Source of the DNA: Calditrichales bacterium
GTDB taxonomy: Bacteria > Calditrichota > Calditrichia > Calditrichales > J004
Assembly (NCBI GenBank): GCA_965267575.1
Contig: OZ254086.1
Coordinates: forward strand, 4,128,001-4,192,000
Direction: 5' to 3'
Length of the DNA stretch: 64,000 bases
Part shown: positions 58,313-64,000 of the stretch, in pieces
Position numbering within the stretch: the stretch's first letter is position 1
How the letters are laid out: each line of letters starts with the position of its first letter
Notes under the pieces: model-generated
Seen by the model: the letters and a program-made list of their open reading frames with translations, nothing else
Told to the model about the DNA's origin: nothing
Databases searched by the model: none
Position numbers and translations under genes: made by a program

Positions 58313-59413
58313 TTGGACATCTTAATCGGCTTTAAAACATCATCGTTAATGCGCCTTTATGCGAGGCATATCAAAGAGATACCGGCCGGGGCGCTCCCCC
58401 GTGCTTTTTTGCTTGCCACTATTGCACTCTTCCGGAATTCGGCAAACGCACGTAAGGAGAGAAAGCTATATGCTCAAAAAATAAAACAAACCGTGCCGGA
58501 TGAAAATATGGTATTTGTACTGGGGCACTGGCGCAGCGGCACATCGCACCTGCACCATCTGCTGACACTGGATGATCGCTTCACCTATCCCACGGTGTTC
58601 GATATTTACAGCCCTCATAGCTTTCTATATACTGAGCCTTTGTTGAGAAAAAAAATGGAAAAGGCGGAAAGTGAAAAACGCCCCATGGATAATATGCGCG
58701 TTAACTATGATGATCCCGGTGAGGATGAGTTTGCTTTGGCCGCTTATTGCCTACATTCGCCCGTCCTGGGCTGGGTTTTTAACCGCCAGGCCGACTATTA
58801 CGATCGCTTTTTGACATTTGAAAACGCGACCGAAAAAGAGCTGGAAGACTGGAAAAAGGCATTTTTTTATCTGGCCCAAAAGCTGACCGTGCGTGATGCG
58901 CGACCAATTAATTTTAAGTCGCCGCAGCATACGGCGCGGGTCGGCATTCTGGCAGAGATGTTTCCCAGGGCGCGTTTTGTGCACATCCACCGCCACCCGT
59001 TTGATGTATTCAACTCAACAGTCAAGCTTTATGAAAAAACGGTGGCTAAAATGAGCCTCGCTCCGACAGACGGAAAAGTCGTGCGCAGTCAGATTGTCGA
59101 TCGCTACAAAACGATGTACGAAGCTTATTTCCGTGACGTACAAAAGTTACCTCCGGGTCGCATCGTGGATGTTTCGTATGAAGATCTGGATGAGAATCCG
59201 CACAATGTCGTTGAGCACATATTTGACCAGCTTAAACTGGACGATTTTGAAGAATACGCTCCAAAGCTGGATGCTCATCTGGCGGAGATCGGTCAATACA
59301 AAAAAAATACCTACACGCCGGTACAACAACCCTGGCGCGACATAATCTTAAAGGAATGGTCTTTCGCTTTTAAAAAATGGAATTATAAGACACATGCCGA
59401 ACGCTCAGAATAG
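58313..59413 (+). CDS. Stand-alone sulfotransferase (Sulfotransfer_3 / Stf3-like), TTG start
   Basis: VFVLGHWRSGTSHL 5'-PSB loop, RPMDN, PGEDEFAL, KSPQHTAR, FPRARFVHIHRHP. N-terminus MDILIGFK parallels the paralog's MDSLIGIK, supporting the TTG start. Confidence 0.92.
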   Translation: MDILIGFKTSSLMRLYARHIKEIPAGALPRAFLLATIALFRNSANARKERKLYAQKIKQTVPDENMVFVLGHWRSGTSHLHHLLTLDDRFTYPTVFDIYSPHSFLYTEPLLRKKMEKAESEKRPMDNMRVNYDDPGEDEFALAAYCLHSPVLGWVFNRQADYYDRFLTFENATEKELEDWKKAFFYLAQKLTVRDARPINFKSPQHTARVGILAEMFPRARFVHIHRHPFDVFNSTVKLYEKTVAKMSLAPTDGKVVRSQIVDRYKTMYEAYFRDVQKLPPGRIVDVSYEDLDENPHNVVEHIFDQLKLDDFEEYAPKLDAHLAEIGQYKKNTYTPVQQPWRDIILKEWSFAFKKWNYKTHAERSE

Positions 59414-60164
59414 TCCCAACAAGTGGATCGTTAAGCCGCAACCGCAATCATCAGCCGCGCTAAAACTGGTATGCCTGCCCTTTGCCGGCGGCAGCAGCGT
59501 GGCATACCGAAACTGGGCCCGCTACCTTCCGGCATCAATAGAACTTTGCCTGGTTGAAATTCCGGGCCGCGGGATGCGCCTGGAAGAACCGCTGGTGACG
59601 GATATTCAGCAACTGGTAGAGAGTATAGCGCAAGGTATTCTGCCGGAACTGGACCGGCCTTTTGCCCTGTTTGGCCACAGCATGGGAGCAGCGGTTGGCT
59701 ATGAACTGACCCATTTCCTGAATGAGCAAAAAGAAATGCTTCCACAGCATCTGTTCTTTTCCGGCCGCGGCGCACCCCATTTGCCGGACCGCGATGAGCC
59801 GATTCACGCGCTGCCCAAAAACGAATTCATCAGCAAAATCCGCAGTTATAACGGCACACCGCGCGAGGTGCTGGAACATGCCGAGCTGATGGATCTGATG
59901 GAACCAATCCTGCGTGCCGATTTTCAGGTGTGCGAAACATACAACTATGATCATCACGATCCGCTGCCTGTACCCTTAACCGCTCTTGGCGGGCTGGAAG
60001 ACAGCAGCGCGCCCAAAGCCGATCTCGAAGCCTGGCAAAGCCATAGCAGCGCGCGCTTTACGGTTCGCATGTTTCCGGGCGGTCACTTTTACCTTCAGAA
60101 TCAGGTGCCCGCACTTATTCAAACGATCGTGCGCGATATAGATTCTGTTTTTAGCCTGGAATAG
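59394..60164 (+). CDS. Type II (editing) thioesterase
   Basis: CLPFAGGS, FGHSMG, PILRADF, FPGGHFY. Confidence 0.95.
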   Translation: MPNAQNSPNKWIVKPQPQSSAALKLVCLPFAGGSSVAYRNWARYLPASIELCLVEIPGRGMRLEEPLVTDIQQLVESIAQGILPELDRPFALFGHSMGAAVGYELTHFLNEQKEMLPQHLFFSGRGAPHLPDRDEPIHALPKNEFISKIRSYNGTPREVLEHAELMDLMEPILRADFQVCETYNYDHHDPLPVPLTALGGLEDSSAPKADLEAWQSHSSARFTVRMFPGGHFYLQNQVPALIQTIVRDIDSVFSLE

Positions 60165-60166
60165 AT

Positions 60167-60916
60167 ATGCGCTGGCAAAAGCCCCCCGCCGGGATAGCTC
60201 CTCTCGATGACCGTTTGCATTTATGGCGCTTTTCGTGGCCTACCCTTCTGCCCCGCATGGACCGTCTTTTTAGCATCCTGAATAAAAAGGAACAAGAAAA
60301 AGCCCATCGTTTCTATTTCGACAAAGATAAAAACGCTTTTACTGTCGGGCGCTCGGCAACAAGGCTGCTGCTGGCATATTACCTGAAACTTTTACCAGCA
60401 GATATAGAATTTGAAGAAAACAGGTTCGGCAAGCCGTTTTTAACAAACCGCTCGGTTCAGTTTAATGTCTCGCACTCCGGGGATATTATTTTACTGGGTT
60501 TTCACGCGCGATACGCATTAGGTGTTGATGTGGAAAAATTTCGCGAAGATGTGCGCTATAAGGATATCGCCTATCGTTTTTTTTCGCAAAATGAGACAGA
60601 GGCTCTGTTCAGTCTTCCGGAAGCATCATGGCAGGCGGCATTCTTCCGTTGCTGGTCGCTAAAGGAAGCGTATATCAAAGCTTGCGGCATGGGGCTCAGC
60701 ATGCCATTGGGCGATTTTGATGTTGAACTTACGAAAGACGAGGTCAGCGGCCTCGCGGGAATAAGAGGAAAAGCGGTTTCACACGATCAATATGTTTTAA
60801 AACCCTTGTCCATCGCCCCGCGCTACGCCGCTGCTGCCGCACTTAATTCCGGTACAATGGAATGTATTCAGTGGGATGGAAATTATCTTGAGGAAACAAA
60901 CGCATGGATAGCTTGA
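60167..60916 (+). CDS. Sfp-type 4'-phosphopantetheinyl transferase
   Basis: GKP, FNVSHSG, LGVDVE, WSLKEAYIKACG. Confidence 0.95.
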   Translation: MRWQKPPAGIAPLDDRLHLWRFSWPTLLPRMDRLFSILNKKEQEKAHRFYFDKDKNAFTVGRSATRLLLAYYLKLLPADIEFEENRFGKPFLTNRSVQFNVSHSGDIILLGFHARYALGVDVEKFREDVRYKDIAYRFFSQNETEALFSLPEASWQAAFFRCWSLKEAYIKACGMGLSMPLGDFDVELTKDEVSGLAGIRGKAVSHDQYVLKPLSIAPRYAAAAALNSGTMECIQWDGNYLEETNAWIA

Positions 60917-61983
60917 TTGGTATTAAAAGCTCAGAATGGAGAGAGCTGTTACAAAAAAACAATTACGGGGTATCGCCATCGCATTATGTGCGCGCGGCTT
61001 TTATTTCCGCCCTTAGCATTCGCAACAGCTATATGGCGCGGACGGAGGAAGCAAAATTCGGAACTGAAATTGATAAAACGGTTATAGGAGAAGACCCTGT
61101 TTTTGTCATCGGGCACTGGCGCAGCGGCACTACCTTTTTAAACAACATCCTTGCCAATGATGAGCAATTCGCTTACCCGACGGTTTTTGAAAACAATCAT
61201 CCCCATATTTTTTTACGATACGGCGAAAAACTCAAAAGCGTGCTGGAAAACAGACATAAAAGAATAAGACCTACTGACAATGTAGTGGTTAAACCTACGA
61301 GCCCGGGTGAAGAAGAGTTTGCTCTGGCGGTCATTACGCTGATGTCTCCCATGTTGGGCTGGGTATTCCCCAAAAACGCGGCCTTTTATGAACGCTATAC
61401 CTCTTTTGCAGATGTTTCTGTTGAAGAGCGTGAAAAATGGAAGCAGGCCTATCTTTGGTACCTAAAGAAACAGAGCTTTGCCAAGAACAGGCAGCTGCTT
61501 TTAAAATCGCCGCTAAATACTGCCAGGATAGCTCTTTTGTTGGAGCTGTTTCCCAACGCACGGTTTATACATATTCACCGTAACCCATACAATGTATTCA
61601 AGTCCACCGTAAAGCTGTATCAAACGGCCATTAGCAAATCAGCCCTGCATTCAGCACGGAATGCCCATTCCCAGGAAGACATATTGGAGCGCTATAAACA
61701 TATTTACGATTGTTATTTTGAGCAAAGCAAGCTTATACCGCAAGGTCAGCTAAAGGAAGTTGGCTACGACGAACTGGTGTCAAACCCCATAGAGACTATC
61801 GAATGCATTTACAGCTCGCTCCAGCTAAAAAGCTTTGATCTTTTTCTGCCGCAGCTTGAAGACCATCTGAAGAAAATTGCCGGATATAAAAAGAATGTTC
61901 ATGATTCACTTCCCGCCGAACTGAAAAACAAGGTTTCACAAAAGTGGAAACGCAGCTTTGAACATTGGGGCTATCCGTTGTAA
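60904..61983 (+). CDS. Second stand-alone sulfotransferase (Sulfotransfer_3 / Stf3-like)
   Basis: VFVIGHWRSGTTFL, RPTDN, PGEEEFAL, LLKSPLNTAR, FPNARFIHIHRNP. Confidence 0.92.
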   Translation: MDSLIGIKSSEWRELLQKNNYGVSPSHYVRAAFISALSIRNSYMARTEEAKFGTEIDKTVIGEDPVFVIGHWRSGTTFLNNILANDEQFAYPTVFENNHPHIFLRYGEKLKSVLENRHKRIRPTDNVVVKPTSPGEEEFALAVITLMSPMLGWVFPKNAAFYERYTSFADVSVEEREKWKQAYLWYLKKQSFAKNRQLLLKSPLNTARIALLLELFPNARFIHIHRNPYNVFKSTVKLYQTAISKSALHSARNAHSQEDILERYKHIYDCYFEQSKLIPQGQLKEVGYDELVSNPIETIECIYSSLQLKSFDLFLPQLEDHLKKIAGYKKNVHDSLPAELKNKVSQKWKRSFEHWGYPL

Positions 61984-62013
61984 ATTATTATATATCACAA
62001 ATGAAAAGCTTCC

Positions 62014-62988
62014 ATGCGCATCCTTTTTTTAGTCTCCCTGTTGTCCGCAGTTATGATTGTGGCGTGCGATGCGCCCCGTGAAAACCCTTTTGATCCCGGA
62101 GCCGGTAATTACAGCGGCAACCAGGAAAGTGTACTTTATGTGGGCAATCTGAGCAATCGCGCCAAAGCCGTGGTCGCTGCTGCAGTCGTCGAAGAGTACA
62201 GCCGCTTCTATGGTATATCCGATATTTCCGGCCAGGTGCGCTGGACCCACGCTTCCCAGGACAGCTTTCTTTTTACCATTGAGAAGGACGGCTATTTTGA
62301 AAGGCAGACGGTTCGCTTGCGTAGCCCGGATAATTTTTACGAGATACTGTTGAATGCCCGGCCGTCGCTGCAGGGAACGCGTTTTGTTTCGCGCTATACG
62401 AGCAACAGGGAAACTTATATTTTAAGCACCACAGACGTGCAGGACGCCGACGGCATTCTGGACGTCACCTCCGTTTTTCTCAGCCAGGAGGAGCTCGGTG
62501 GCCGGGCCGACCTGATGCCGGCTATTGGCGCGGGAAGCAACACGTTTTCACGCGAAGTCAATATAAAAAACATCTCCTCTTCACTGAACGCAAACAACCT
62601 CACGGAGTATGATTTTGACCTGGTGGTTACAAACCAGAATAGCGACAGCGCGCGTTTCGGTCCTTATGTTATCCGTCGGGTAATTGATCAGGTGCCAACA
62701 CCTGAATCACCTGATCTGGCGCAGCCGGAAGAGGGCGATATTTTGTTTAACTGGAGCGGTATCGACGCTGACTTTGATTTTCACTACCGTATTGAATTGT
62801 ATAATAACAGCTTCGATTTTCTTGGCGGTTTCACGCCAATCTCTTCGGATAGCAGCAGCTTTGAACTGGCCGACGGCGATATCCTGGACCGTCTCTCGCC
62901 CACCGGAAACTTTTGGGTATTATTTGTTGTTGACGATCTCGGTAATACAAGCCAGTCACGTTTTATCTTTTTCGATTACGAACGATGA
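62014..62988 (+). CDS. Putative lipoprotein of unknown function
   Basis: Hydrophobic signal ending in lipobox-like IVA-C (Cys18), followed by DAPRENPFDP. Acidic, apparently beta-rich body. Confidence 0.75.
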   Translation: MRILFLVSLLSAVMIVACDAPRENPFDPGAGNYSGNQESVLYVGNLSNRAKAVVAAAVVEEYSRFYGISDISGQVRWTHASQDSFLFTIEKDGYFERQTVRLRSPDNFYEILLNARPSLQGTRFVSRYTSNRETYILSTTDVQDADGILDVTSVFLSQEELGGRADLMPAIGAGSNTFSREVNIKNISSSLNANNLTEYDFDLVVTNQNSDSARFGPYVIRRVIDQVPTPESPDLAQPEEGDILFNWSGIDADFDFHYRIELYNNSFDFLGGFTPISSDSSSFELADGDILDRLSPTGNFWVLFVVDDLGNTSQSRFIFFDYER

Positions 62989-64000
62989 AAAATAACTTTG
63001 ATCAAATCACCGAACAGCATTTAGCATTTATTCACCGGTTAACGCTGGAAATGGCCCAAACTTCGGATGACCAGCAGCTGCTTCGTTTTATACTGGAAAA
63101 ACTGATGCAACGAACGGCCGCCGAAGTAGGCGCCTTTGTCTATTATGATTCAGCAGGCAAAACATTTGAACCGCGCATTGTCCGATGCAGCAGTTCACGG
63201 GAAAAAGAAAGCCCCGCTTTCTCGCAGACTGTTTTTAATACGGTTAAAGAAAAGCGGGAAGCGTTACTCAGTTTTGATACTTCCAGCGATGAGGAGCTTG
63301 CCGGCACGCGCAGTGTGATGATCAATAAGATTAATGCCATCCTCGCTTTTCCATTGATGGTTAACCGGGAATTGTACGGCGTTATGTATTTCGATAGCCG
63401 TGAAAGCCGCCAGAGCTTTAACGAGGAGACGCGCCAGCTTCTCTCATTTTTTGCGCCAATTGCTTCGATAACGCTGGAACAGGCCCTGTCGCGCGTTCAA
63501 GCAGATCATGAAAACCGCTTGTTAAAAAGCCAGCTCGAACCGGTGCAGCCGCTGCCGCGGATGATTGGCAAAAGCTCCGAAATTCAAAAGCTTTACAGTA
63601 TTGTGAAGAAGGTTGCGGCGAATGATATCTCGGTCCTGATTACCGGTGAGAATGGAACGGGTAAAGACCTCGTAGCCAGAGCTATTCACGATTTGAGCGA
63701 ACGCAAGGAAAAGCCGTTCATCGCCCAGTTTGTCGGGAACATCCCGTCGACAATCCTGGACAGCGAATTGTTTGGCTACAAAAGGGGGGCTTTTACGGGA
63801 GCGAATGCCGATAAGCCCGGTTTGTTTGAAGCTGTTGACGGCGGAACCGTTTTCCTTGATGAGATCAGCGAATTGAGCATGGACTTGCAGACTAAGCTTT
63901 TGCGCGTGCTACAGAACAAGGAAATCAAAAGGCTGGGCGAAAATATTGTACGCACCGTGGATGTGCGTATTCTGGCGGCAAGCAATCGTGACATAAAAAA
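62985..64000 (+). CDS. GAF-domain sigma54-dependent transcriptional activator, 3'-truncated (absent from the ORF track)
   Basis: ATG 62985 overlaps the previous stop (ATGA). MKNNFDQ..., GAF-like AILAFPLMVNRELYGVMYFDS, Walker A GENGTGKD, ELFGYKKGAFTGA, Walker B VFLDEI, QTKLLRVLQ. Open to the window end. Confidence 0.92.
   Translation, partial: MKNNFDQITEQHLAFIHRLTLEMAQTSDDQQLLRFILEKLMQRTAAEVGAFVYYDSAGKTFEPRIVRCSSSREKESPAFSQTVFNTVKEKREALLSFDTSSDEELAGTRSVMINKINAILAFPLMVNRELYGVMYFDSRESRQSFNEETRQLLSFFAPIASITLEQALSRVQADHENRLLKSQLEPVQPLPRMIGKSSEIQKLYSIVKKVAANDISVLITGENGTGKDLVARAIHDLSERKEKPFIAQFVGNIPSTILDSELFGYKRGAFTGANADKPGLFEAVDGGTVFLDEISELSMDLQTKLLRVLQNKEIKRLGENIVRTVDVRILAASNRDIK

Noticed and set aside
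1..64000. tRNA, rRNA or riboswitch genes, and a firm taxonomic call
   Set aside because: Intergenic space is minimal and shows no such structure. No marker gene supports a lineage assignment.

Overview
Almost the whole window (1-61983) is one + strand hybrid type I PKS/NRPS biosynthetic gene cluster whose 5' end lies upstream of the window. It has eight megasynthetase genes: two PKS modules (one partial, ER-KR-ACP; one KS-AT-KR-ACP), 14 NRPS modules, two epimerase domains and a terminal thioesterase. An MFS exporter, MbtH-like protein, type II TE, Sfp-type PPTase and two stand-alone sulfotransferases follow. By-eye specificity codes suggest ...acyl/PK-Tyr-(ketide, statine-like)-Arg-Val-D-Ser-Asn-Phe-Gln-D-Asn-X-Phe-Orn-Asn-Tyr-Tyr. 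The standout feature is a CurM/OLS-type sulfotransferase domain in the middle of an NRPS, between a PCP and a C domain with no TE after it, giving three sulfotransferases in all and pointing to a (poly)sulfated lipopeptide. Other notable features: a ~1.3 kb near-identical duplication of an Asn A-core, an AT-rich DUF559 endonuclease cassette with REP-like repeats between two NRPS genes, an unassigned A-domain code and charge-reversed COM tails. The window ends with a lipoprotein gene and a truncated GAF/sigma54 activator gene. All substrate calls were read manually against GrsA PheA positions from memory and are unverified predictions.
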